From NCBI GenBank assembly GCA_037447605.1, contig CM074809.1, positions 3,958,689-4,022,688 of the forward strand: 64,000 bases of DNA. Reading direction: 5' to 3'. The notes beneath the pieces were generated by a model. The model made no database searches and had not been told where the DNA came from. It was given only the letters and a program-made list of their open reading frames with translations. Of this stretch, positions 43,222 to 54,405 are shown in pieces. The stretch's first letter is position 1. Each line of letters opens with the position of its first letter. Made by a program: the position numbers and the translations under genes. This stretch comes from Zygnema circumcarinatum SAG 698-1b. Taxonomy: Eukaryota; Plantae; Zygnematophyceae.

Positions 43222-46200
43222 ATGCAGGTTGGTGACTCAGAAACTTGCAGATTTGGTTACTTTTGGGAGCAAAAAATTGCAGGCAGCTGTCTGAATGCTC
43301 TTCTCGTAGGGAAACCTTAGGAGTTGCAGGCTGCTGAAATGGGGATCTTGCAAACCTTGATGCTGAAGCATCGCACACTCTATGAGTGTAAACGCTCTAT
43401 GAGTTGATACATTCGCTAAGACAATAAATAGTGTCTGATCGTTTGAAGGCTTCATATCTCGCTGACATGCCAGCGGATGCCCTGCGCAGGGCCTCCTTGG
43501 GAATCCGACGACTTGGAACTTCTGCAAAGCGTCAGAGATTGCATTTTCTGGATCTGATTCCACTTTTCAGCAATCCTCGGGGGCAAAATGCTCGCTTTCG
43601 AGCTTATCGAAGGAATGCTCGCGTCTTTTTTCAGTGTCAGGCCCGGAAGTTTCGAGCAAAATGAGCAATGCAGGGGAGGGGCAGACGAGGATAAACGTCT
43701 GCAGTTCCATGTCACCGTTTAAACATGAGATCGAGTCTGCATCTGGGGTACATGTGAAGCGCTCCCGGCCAGCTGGCGAGTCTCGGATTTCGGCTGTTTC
43801 CAGGTACTTTAAAGATCAAAAGCTGTCCCATTTTGAATTGGTATAGGGACGCACAACCTTGAAATACTTGTTTGGACCCAGGCCCTCTATGAACTACGTT
43901 ATTAACTAAGACTTTTCTATTAAATGGCGCCATTGAAGCGTTCTAGAAGTGCATCTTAGTCTTTGTTTTGGGGGGTTCAAAGGTTTGCAAATGCAAGATA
44001 GATGGTATAGAGAAGAAAAAAATCGTTACAAATTTGGTCCTATTTGACTGAAGGAAAGCAATGTCGTGAAGCATACCTTATGTCCAGTTGGAGCCAGCTA
44101 TAGATTCCCTTTCCGGACACGGTGTTGGAAGAAGATCTCTTAGAGCATGATTTCTCTTCTTAACTTGGTCCATGGGATGCCGCTTTATGCTCAATGTGCG
44201 TTAAGTTGTTTCCTTTTGCAGCAAGATTGTGGAAGGGCCCGTTGACACGACAGCATTAAAAGCGGAGACGGACCTTATTACGGATCCAATCACGCTTTGG
44301 AATCGATATGTTGAATGGCTATATCATGAGGAGGAGCTTGACTTGTACCTTGATGTTAGTCGAGTTGGGTTCACGGACGATTTTGTGCAAGCCATGGAGC
44401 CAAAGGTATTATCTGAATCAGATTCTGATTTAAGTCTTGAAGATGACTTTTTTAGCCATCTTTTTAGGTTTAGTTTGCGCATATTCATGCACAAGAGATG
44501 AGTGGGCAAGTAAGATGATAGTAGAGAGGGTTGAATGCAATGAAGAAACAGCAGGTTGAGAAGAAGAGTGAAAGATAATGGAATGGGCGGGGTATGAGGG
44601 AAGAGGAAGGAGTTGGCAGCAGGAGGTAGGGAGCAAGAGGAGGAGGGGGAAGGTAGAGACAAGAGGGAAAGAGTCATAAGAGGAGGCGGGAGAGCAGTAA
44701 GCATATTGAACACACTATGCTTTACAAATAAAACACTTTCAAGATTGTGTAGAGGTATTTTTGAGAAACATTTTGAACTCCATCTAGACTATGACTCATT
44801 ATACACACTGTTGAGTACCTTATCTGCTTTAGTATTCCGCATGAAGCTTGCATTGTCTAAGCTTGCAATCAGGTGAGACTAAGTCATGATTGAGCTTTCT
44901 TTAAACGAGTACCCTGGAATTTACTCCTGCTGTGAAACTGTTGATTACGTTGCTGAGAAATGCCACCTGTGCACCTGAATGGACTTGGCAGTTTGAGCAC
45001 GCATTCAAGTCTATGGTGGAACTGGAGGCAGGCGCCATTGCCAATCCTGACGAAGGACGAATGGTTGGTCATTATTGGCTAAGGAAGCCAGAGTTGGCTC
45101 CTTCGCCTACTCTTCAAAATAACATTACCGATACTCTGGATGCAGTAGAGGCGTTTGCAAAGGGAATAGTCGATGGCACGGTACATATGCCTTTCCATTA
45201 TGTAGGCCTTACCATTCGCATAATTTGCATGGCAAAAATTGACTGCAGTCAGATTAAGGATCAACTTAGTCAAGTTGAAAACGAAGCACTGATGGAGCTA
45301 GGAACTGGTAATGCCCACCATTTGCCACGTATTGGTTTATCTAAGAGAAAGCTGTTTGTCTTCACCTTGAGCACCTACCTCTCTTTCTTTACCCGTACTG
45401 TTCCCTCTCCCCTTCTCTCTCTCTCATGCACTTGTGTTTTCTATGTCCATATTCCTTGGAAATTTGCTGCAGATCCGTCCTCCCCCTTGCCCAGCAGGAC
45501 GCTTCACTCAAGTGCTTTCTGTGGGTATCGGAGGATCTGCACTAGGGCCGCAATTTGTTGCTGAAGCTCTTGCTCCCTTAAATCCTCGATTGAAAGTAAG
45601 CAACTATTCATCCTTTCTGGCACTGAAACTGCATTTTTGTAATAATAGAATGCACGAATACACAGCCAAATGTAAGTCTTATGAGTAGCTCGAGGTGATA
45701 TTGAGCTACGAAGAAAAACCGGTTGGCAGTTATTCTTAGCTGATGATACGAACGGGAATCGTGCAAGAAAATAAGTCAGCTAGCTCTGAAAGGTCACAAA
45801 CGATGAGTTCCAAGGCTCTCCATACGTTTCGTAAGACACGGTCATGAATTTCTCAATAAGTGTGTTGTACTTGAATTGCTGCAGATACGGTTCATTGATA
45901 ACACGGATCCGGCCGGAATTGATCAGCAAATCGCCGAACTAGGACCAGAACTTTCCTCTACTCTCGTTGTGGTTATCTCCAAGGTGATGTTATGTGCTTA
46001 CTAGCCCAAACATTCGTACTTAGTGTCAGCTTATCACATGTTGCTTTTCATTCACTTCGAGCGCTATCCAAATCCTGCCATCATTTAATCCTGCATATCT
46101 GACTATCCTTCCCGCCCCTCTGCCGTCTCTCCCTCCTTCATTCTTCGTCTATCGCGTTCTACTCTCGCCCCTCTCTCTCTTTTGCCCCCCTTCTCCAATG

Positions 46201-48146
46201 CAGAGCGGAGGCACTCCTGAGACACGAAATGGGCTTTTGGAGGTTCAAAAAGCTTTCCGTGACACCGGCCTAGACTTTTCCAAACAGGTACGCTCAACCT
46301 CCTTCGATCTCAGTGCATGTATCATCTTTCTAGTGAACAAAAGCGGCTGAACTATGCCAATTGCTGCCACTTTTTTGCCTGTTTTTTTTACGTCAGATTC
46401 TAACGTTATATCGGCTTTACCATATTGTCAGGGTGTTGCGATTACCCAAGCTGGGTCTCTGCTTGATAACACTGCCAAAATTGAGGGATGGCTTGCCCGA
46501 TTTCCCATGTTTGATTGGGTGGGAGGCCGCACATCTCTCTTCTCTGCTGTCGGACTCCTCGATGCTGCTCTTCAGGTAAGAGTAACAAACACCTTGGGAT
46601 TTCGAATTTCGCGTTTTTAAGACATATACAGGACAGCCAAAAGCAGCCGTAAACATTATGCGACACCTCAGATTTTTTTAACTTCGATTTTTGCGATCCT
46701 TCTCCGTTAGTGCATAGTGTATCCCGTTTATCATCGTCCTGCCTTGAATTTTTTTTATTAGATTCGTATGGCAGGGTATTGACATTCGTGGAATGCTCGA
46801 GGGTGCCGCTTTGATGGACGAGGAATCTCGCAAGCCCTCAGTAAGCTTTTCGTGGCTATGAAATCTTCAGTTTTAGCTCGTTTCTCATATGGGTGTCCAT
46901 TATCATCTCTTTCAAATGCAGTCATCCTCTGAAACCGTGAAGTGAACCTTAACTCTAATTTCAACACTATCCAATTCTTTGGGTTTTCTTGCAGATTAAG
47001 ACGAACCCTGCGGCCCTCCTTGCTCTCTCATGGTATTGGTGCACGGATGGAGTTGGTTCAAAGGCAAGCTCCTGCACCCTAACTTCATCAACCATAACGC
47101 AAAATCCTAAAATTTGGACGAGATAAAGGTGTTCTGTTGTGAAAGAGTGAGCATAGAAATTGTCGTCTTTCAGGTAGAGAGTTGCCCTCTAGATCAAGAA
47201 AATTCAACATTGATGGCTCTCTCTCCTCTCTCCCTCCCTCCCTCCCTCCTCGCTCCCTCTTCCCATCCCTCCCTCCCTCCTCGCTCCCTCTTCCCATCCC
47301 TCCCTCCCCCTCCTCCTCCCCCCCTCACCTCGTCCCCCCTCTCTCTCTCTGTCTCACCTTCCCTCTCTGTGCCTGTGTCAGGACATGGTGGTTTTGCCAT
47401 ACAAAGACAGTCTGCTGCTATTCAGCAGATATCTGCAGCAGCTTGTTATGGAGTCCATTGGAAAGGAGTTCGACCTCGATGGGAACAAGGTCAGAGTTGA
47501 AACTGAATACTCTAAAAATGTTGACCCACAAGCCCACCACAGGAGGAAGAAGGAGAAGTTGTGTGCTACGCGGAATGGACCATGACCATGACACACTAGT
47601 TTTTTCTTGTCTTTAGTGGGACACTGGCCTTGTTAACAAATTTCTTAATCAATTGAATGCATTAGCTCACAAAAATAGGTTATACATGGTTTGGCAGGTG
47701 TTCCAAGGAATCTCTGTATTCGGAAACAAGGGCAGCACAGATCAGCATGCGTGAGTATCAATTCCACTCTGTTCAGAGAATTCCGAAACAATGAAGGAGA
47801 GAGCAAGGGACGAGAGAAGAGGAGAGGTCGAGATGGGAGGAAAGCGAGAGGGCGAGGGAGAGACAGAGAAAAAGCAGATAGTCAAGTACAGAAATTCTGT
47901 TTGTTTCAGAATACAACTGAGATCCTTCTGCGGTTGTTGTGGGGCAATCCCATGCAGCTACATTCAGCAGCTGAGAGAAGGCGTTCCCAATTTTTTCGCC
48001 ACTTTCATCGAAGTCCTGCGCGATCGGCCCCTTGGACGGGACTGGGAACTCGAACCCGGAGTTACTTCGGGAGATTATCTTTTTGGAATGCTGCAGGTAC
48101 TTTTGCGAAATCTTCTTTATTTCCCTCCCTCCTCTCTCTTCTCACA

Positions 48147-48202
<56 letters not shown>

Positions 48203-50093
48203 TCTCTCTCTCTTTCTCTCTCCCTCTCTCGCTCTCTTTCTTGTGTTCTGCAATGACCCTCGATTTCTTCTCCCTTGTCTGTCTGTCCTTCTCTTGTTTA
48301 TATCTTCGCCTTTAGGCTTACCGACAGGCTGTTTGATTCGGAGTTCTCCTATTTGAAATTCATGCTGGCAGAGTAATACTGCGCTGCAATGCAGCTATTC
48401 CAGTTTAAGAAAATCGAGAAGGGAGATGTTACCTGTAGGAATACTGAACTAGTTCTGTGCATGCTCGCTTTCTAATATTGCAGGGAACCCGTGCAGCGCT
48501 ATATGCGAACAAGCGAGAATCTATTACTCTCACCATAGGTGAAGTGACTCCTCAAACTGTGGGAGCGATGATTGCTCTCTATGAGAGAGCTGTTGGCTTC
48601 TACGCATCCCTCGTCAATGTCAACGCCTACCACCAGCCAGGTGAGTGTATATGCGCATGCATACAGAAACGCATGAAACATAACTAAGTTTAAAATTCAG
48701 ACCAGCAATTCTTTCATATCGTTCTGGGAAGATCGCCTTGTCCTACCTCAAGGACAAAATTTATTCCATAGTGTACTATGATGTGGTGTGTAACAAGATG
48801 TCAAGACTATGCAAGGTTTGGATAAAGATAAGGCCAAAGTTTAGGTTTCAGGGTCAGGTCAAGGTTGTACAATTGTTCCTCTACCGCGTACATGAGAGCA
48901 ATACAGAGAGAGGCTTGCAAAAATTAGCAGTCATTTGAAATTGTTCTTGTATGCAGCTGGTCTTTCATTCTTTTCTGACTCCAATAAGTTTGTTATTATT
49001 GATCTGCTGAGCAGGTGTGGAGGCTGGGAAAAAAGCTGCAGCTGATGTTCTTTCTATTCAAAAAAGAGTCCTTATGGTTCTCAGTGAAGCCAGGTACACC
49101 ATTTCTCCTTCCGAAGATTCTAGAAAGCATAACAAAGAGACGCAAATTCTTGGGATAAAGCGCACCTGCTACCTTCACAACCCTAAGCCATTTCATTAGC
49201 ATTCTTGCATTCACATGATGGTTATAGATAGTAGCTAGCTGGGCTTAGCGAAGACTAAACGAGTGAAGTTTCACAAAGCTAATAAGTTCCTTGAAGGCTT
49301 ACAGCAGTTGTTAGGGTACTTCCCTAACAAGGTATGTACCTTGAAGTTGCTTTGGAGTTCTGAAAGTAATTCTAGGACCCTGTCGGGGTTAATCACTTTG
49401 AACGAGGAGTAAGTAGCTCACATGGTATTGCTTAGTGATGACATATGACATCGATAGCGCTGAAACTGAGAATGTCGTGTTTTTTCTGAACGATGTGTGC
49501 AGTTGTAAGGAGCCTGTGGAGGCTCTCACAATAGAGGAGCTTGCTCAGCGCTGCGATGCACCTGAGAAGGTCAGTATTCCGAGTCTATGTCAGACCTCTT
49601 CTTAAAAATATAATCAATACTACTACCACTCCTAGTACTACGACCATTGCTAGGGGCAAAGGGGGATCGAATTGTAAGCTTCTCCACATGAGTCTTGGAT
49701 GTTTCGAAAATTTTCATTTTAGGAGTCATAGGATTTTTGGATGAATCTTTAACAATATCTTAACCAAATCTCTCCCCCTCCTTATCCCCCCTCCCACTCC
49801 CCTTCTCTCCCACCCCCCCTCTCCCTCCTTCCCTTCGCCCTCCTCCGTCCTCGCCGTCTCCCCACCCCTCCTTCCCCTCCCGTACCTCTCACATACTCTT
49901 GTCTCTTTTCGAAAGATCACACTACAACTAAATATGACGCCTTGTGTGCCTAGTGCAGGTGGAGGTGATCTACTCCATAGTGCGCCACATGGCTGCCAAT
50001 GACCGCGCGGTGATGGCGTCCTTCGAGGAGGAGGCCTCTCCGCGCACAGTGAGAGTGCTCAGTGAGGAATGCCCCGTGGACGACTTGTATTAG
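43222..50093 (+). CDS. PGI1: Plastidic glucose-6-phosphate isomerase with a Ser-rich transit peptide
   Basis: Exons 43222-43227 (inferred), 43490-43803, 44222-44405, 44992-45180, 45473-45595, 45885-45983, 46204-46287, 46432-46575, 46775-46840, 46995-47063 (GC donor), 47382-47489, 47698-47750, 47958-48096, 48484-48640, 49015-49093, 49503-49569, 49959-50093; phases close. Motifs [35 protein letters not shown]|[42 protein letters not shown]|VEAGK. The start exon is less certain. Confidence 0.95.
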
Positions 50094-50247
50094 GGGCAGC
50101 ACCATGTGGAGCTCCAATTTTTTAATATATAGGAGGCTCCAAGGGTCTACAACTACAGAAACTATTGGAAAATGAAGGAATGAGCAGTTTGCTTGGGTAA
50201 GGCTGGTTCTCAGCGTGCCAGTAGGCAGAAGCGATGGGTTTTGAGTG

Positions 50248-50287
50248 TAGGGTTTACGGTTTAGGGTTAAGGTTAGAGTTAGGGTTC
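50248..50287 (+). repeat. Degenerate telomere-like (TTAGGG/TTTAGGG) tract
   Basis: TAGGGTTTACGGTTTAGGGTTAAGGTTAGAGTTAGGGTTC. Confidence 0.7.
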
Positions 50288-50743
50288 AGAGCTCAGCAGG
50301 GCAATGACGTCCTGCTCTGTAATTCGTAATAGTTGAATTCCTTGGCAAAATGCACCATTGTTATTTTTATGACCTCTCTTTGTTTTCCGTCTCAAACTGT
50401 TGAAGGGAGGGAGGAGGGAGAAGGGGGGAGGGGGGCCGGGGCAGCGGGAAGGGAGGGAGGGGGCGAGGGGGGGAGGAAAGGAGGAAGGGGGAAGGGGGGT
50501 GGGGAGAATATGCACTAACATCCATATAGGAAAGGCAATCTCATACAAAAAAAATGCGTAAAGGTCAATCGATAGGATCTTCAATGGCTTCGCCAGCAAA
50601 ATCTCATGGAATTTATACTCGCTTAAATACACAAACAAAAAAAATGATTGGCAGAGTAAATTGAAATTAATCGATTGGACATTTTTTTTTCTGAATAGCT
50701 GACAAAGGGATCGCCTCTTTTTGAATCGCTTGAAACTGACTCC

Positions 50744-52396
50744 CTACTGCGACTGACTCTGCGTCAAGGACGAGCTCTTGCTGCTTAAATCCATGGAAGA
50801 AAAAGGCCCCAAACTGCAACTACTCTTGGAGCTGCTCGAATCCTCGCCCTTCAACAATAAGCGAAGAAAAGTCGCACCGTCTTCTGAGAGTTTGAGCGAC
50901 TCCACATCTACTAAGGTAGAGTTCTCCGTTCCGTTTTCCTCGCATGTAACGGCACTCGGACATACAGATGAAGCATCATCGTTCTGAACATGCTTCGGCG
51001 GTCGCATGCCCATAACACGATCGCCATTGACGAAATCATGGCCCATACTGGACATCTCAGCCACTACCACAGCCCCCCTCCCACTACTCCTGCTCTCCAT
51101 TTCTTTGCCTTTGTCAGCCATTCCCCTCAGTCTTTGCTCATTGGCCACCCTCTGGTTCTCCGCCCACTCAGAAACGTTCCGATCTTGGATACTCTGAACG
51201 TGTCTAGGGTTTCCAACGGAGCTCAGTTCCGATCCATTCCTGTTTTTCAACTCCACCTGCATATCTGCATCTTCAATCACAAACCCGTGCCAACGAATCA
51301 CCGATTTCTTCTGTGAGAGGGCTCCCTCAGACCTCCGCATCCAGCTGTCTCTCGCATCCCCTTTAAGCTTTCCTATGCCACTCTCATACTTTGTGAAAGC
51401 CCGACCTTCACTGCTCTTATTGCAGGCCTCGGAAGCGACTCCAGTGTTTAAATCAGCATCTACCTCTCTCTCTAACGAGTTCCGGGCTTCTAGGATTCCT
51501 AGGGCTTGTAGGGCATCTAAATTTTCTAAACTTGTTGGAACTTCTTCATCTCTAGACGCGTCTTCCTCATCCAGCTTCAACCTCTCCCACATCTGGATTC
51601 CCGACTCAGCTTCTTGATGCTGATCAAATCCACTCTCTTGTTTCTCCTCTCCCTCGTCATCTCCCTCCTCCTCCCCTTCCCACTCTCCTTCGCTTAGCAC
51701 TTCGTCGTCTGGGTAGCACAGAGCCAATGCCCAAGGTGCAAGCAGTCTCAACAGTGTTTTCCCAAGAACTTCTTTAGAGCTTGGCCTTGGTTTCTCTCCA
51801 AGTCTGTGAATTTCAGGCAGTGGTGTCTTCTCCGCAATGTCAGGAAAAAGGCCCTTTCCACTAAACTTGACACCTCGAACAAAGAAAATTCCAGCTGCAA
51901 GAGTCACTGTCCAGAAAGAGATTCGCCAGAGAAGTGTAGGCCGCCATGGTCTCCGAAAACTCTTAGGCTGCAGATGATTTCTATGTTGGCCTTCATGCTT
52001 GTCCAACTCATACAAAACTACCGCTTCTCTCGGAACTTCTACAATGTCAGCACATATATGTACACCGTTCAACGGCAGGCCCGTTAAACGGCCCTTTTCT
52101 AGCATTAAACTGGAGCCCTTCGGTGTCTTCGCCCATGCTTTAACCCGCTCTGACGGCCTATGTCCTTCCTCCCTACTATTAGTTCCAGACATTCTAACTG
52201 TACAGCTCCTACGTATCACTATTTGCTTCCCCTCCACTTCTTCCTGTCCCTCTTCCACTCCCTCCCACTCTCCCTCTCCCTCTCTATTTTCGTCTACACG
52301 TCTCGCCTTTGTCGTTTCTGCACTCTCGATCATGCTATGAGGAGGGCCTGAGATAAGTCCATGGCTACCCTGCTGCCTGTTCCTCCGAAACTCCAT
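50744..52396 (-). CDS. Uncharacterised 550-aa protein with acidic/low-complexity regions and 1-2 hydrophobic segments
   Basis: Long uninterrupted ORF; hydrophobic WRISFWTVTLAAGIFFV and LLRLLAPWALALCY; a plausible 5'-leader intron (donor 53478, acceptor 52424). No family recognised; the 3' end may be spliced. Confidence 0.7.
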   Translation of the reverse strand: MEFRRNRQQGSHGLISGPPHSMIESAETTKARRVDENREGEGEWEGVEEGQEEVEGKQIVIRRSCTVRMSGTNSREEGHRPSERVKAWAKTPKGSSLMLEKGRLTGLPLNGVHICADIVEVPREAVVLYELDKHEGQHRNHLQPKSFRRPWRPTLLWRISFWTVTLAAGIFFVRGVKFSGKGLFPDIAEKTPLPEIHRLGEKPRPSSKEVLGKTLLRLLAPWALALCYPDDEVLSEGEWEGEEEGDDEGEEKQESGFDQHQEAESGIQMWERLKLDEEDASRDEEVPTSLENLDALQALGILEARNSLEREVDADLNTGVASEACNKSSEGRAFTKYESGIGKLKGDARDSWMRRSEGALSQKKSVIRWHGFVIEDADMQVELKNRNGSELSSVGNPRHVQSIQDRNVSEWAENQRVANEQRLRGMADKGKEMESRSSGRGAVVVAEMSSMGHDFVNGDRVMGMRPPKHVQNDDASSVCPSAVTCEENGTENSTLVDVESLKLSEDGATFLRLLLKGEDSSSSKSSCSLGPFSSMDLSSKSSSLTQSQSQ

Positions 52397-52877
52397 CGTA
52401 ATTAAATCAAATGGTTCTCAAAGCTGCCAAGGAACCATTATTCATTCTTTATTAGTGTCGTTGACAAGTACAAATGCTGTCAGAAAATGTTGCGGTGAAC
52501 AGGAAAATCACAACAGAAAAGAAAAATGAAGAACCCTGGTCAACAACACTGGTGAAGGGAAGAGAAATTGCTGAGAATCCATGCTTCATGTTTGCAAGCA
52601 TAAATGACGATGATGATTGAAGGCTTTTGAAAAGATGAAGGCACGATTTTTAAAATATACATTGAAATGCTTCGCATCGCAAGCATCTTAGTATCTTAGT
52701 ATCATCTTAGGATCTTTGTATCGCATTTATTTCAGGATTTGTAGTTTGTTCTCCCCACTGCAATGTGTGGATCGCAAGGGACGAATTCTCTAAGCTAAGC
52801 GCGGAGATACAGCAAAGAAACAGTAAACGCCTGAGGATAAAAACAAATACAAACACGCAACTGAATTTGACATGCTG

Positions 52878-53042
52878 ACCCTAACCCAAATCCAAACTTT
52901 AACCCTAATCCGAACCCTATTTCTAACACTAACCCTAATAACCTCGCCTCTAACCTACATATAAGCTTAAGTCCAGCCCGAATCCAATCTGAACCCTAGC
53001 CCTGACATTATCCATAATCATAATCCTGAGGGCAACCCTAAA
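52878..53042 (-). repeat. Degenerate (AACCCT/AATCCT)n telomere-like hexamer array in a 5'-leader intron
   Basis: CCCTAACCCAAATCCAAACTTTAACCCTAATCCGAACCCTA...CTAACCCTAA...GAACCCTAGCCCTG. Confidence 0.6.
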
Positions 53043-53693
53043 AGCTCTTCCAACCTTAAGAAAAACTTAATTTTGCATGGAGCCGTTCCTTCGGCCAAAG
53101 GAGGATCCATGAAAAAAGTTCAAGCCAATCAAGGGATGAATGACACTACGCATTCTTTCGTCAAATCAATCAGAGCTGTTAGTTCCATGTCAATTATTCC
53201 GTTCCCTAAGCCGTCAGACTGGACGACTATGTGAGGTTGACGGGGATAAATGCAGAGGTTGAGAAGGCATGAATCGAGGGAGGAGGAAGGAAGGGTGCCC
53301 GAGATAGAGAGAGAGCGAGAGAGAGAACAGAGTGGGAGAGGAACGTTGTAACATGGAAAGGAAAAGAGGGTGAGTTATACAGGTATAGAAAACGCTAGAA
53401 AGCGGAATAGATATATGTAAGGAGGGAGAGAGAGAGAGAGATAAATAGAGAGAGAGGTGGAGAGGGAGAGAGACTCACCCCTAAGCGGCAGCCATGGCCG
53501 CCTGCAGGGCAGACGGCAGGCAACGGACGGTGCCTCCTTCGGTTGGAATCAGTTGCCTGCTCAAGCGAAGTGTCCGTACATTCGTCCATCGTCTTAACAA
53601 ATTTCTGCAACCTCCTCCCCGGGCGATCGCAGCCGTCCGATCGCGCTCAGGCACGACAAGGTGCAAACGCAGCCCCTATCGCAAGGACTATCG

Positions 53694-53811
53694 CATCGTA
53701 TCGAATCATTCCATAGTATATCGTATCGTATTGTATAATATCGTTAAATATCTATCATATCGCATCGTACCCATCGCATCATATCGCCCCGTATCGTATC
53801 GTATCGTATCG
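53694..53811. repeat. (CGTAT)n-type pentamer satellite, same class as 18715-18932
   Basis: ATCGTATCG...CGTATCGTATCGTATCGTATCG directly visible. Confidence 0.75.
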
Positions 53812-54405
53812 CTATTGTTGAGTTCGATGCCAATTCGCCCACAAATTTAAAGAAGAGGTCCATGTTGTGCTATCCAAGTTTCTATCATCATATGATGACA
53901 ACCTTTTTTCAGCTTCTTTTCAGATGCTTTACCTCGAAAAGTGCCGAATGGAGTGAGTGGAACATGGATCAAGCTAATCGAAGGAGTCTCAAAGAAAGGA
54001 GAATGAGCCGAACGAGTCCAAGAGGTCACAAGGGCTCGTTCTGGCTCTCAATAAATCGAGCCATTTCCAAATTGATTTTAGGACCAATGAAAGCCCCCTG
54101 CTTGCAACATCACGTGGTTAACAGAGACTCCTCATGTGGGAGCCAATTCTGGTCGAAAATGAGGTTAATCGCTAGTCATCTATTGACAGGCTTAGCAGAC
54201 CAGTCATGTCTCCAACCCTAATTCCTCTCCCTCAACATAATGCATCAGAATCCCATTCCCATCAGCAGACCTTTAAAGCTGCCGGAACACCAGCTCACTG
54301 CTGGCCATAAGGACCTCCGTGATCCGTGACAGAACAGTACACCCTTTTACCCTTCCACCTTTACAACCAATTTTACAACAGAAAAGAGAAAATCCCCATA
54401 GTTCA

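Noticed and set aside
46552-46575. [11 protein letters not shown] instead of the usual GLLPAALQ
   Set aside because: A single substitution outside the known catalytic residues; there is no basis for a functional claim.
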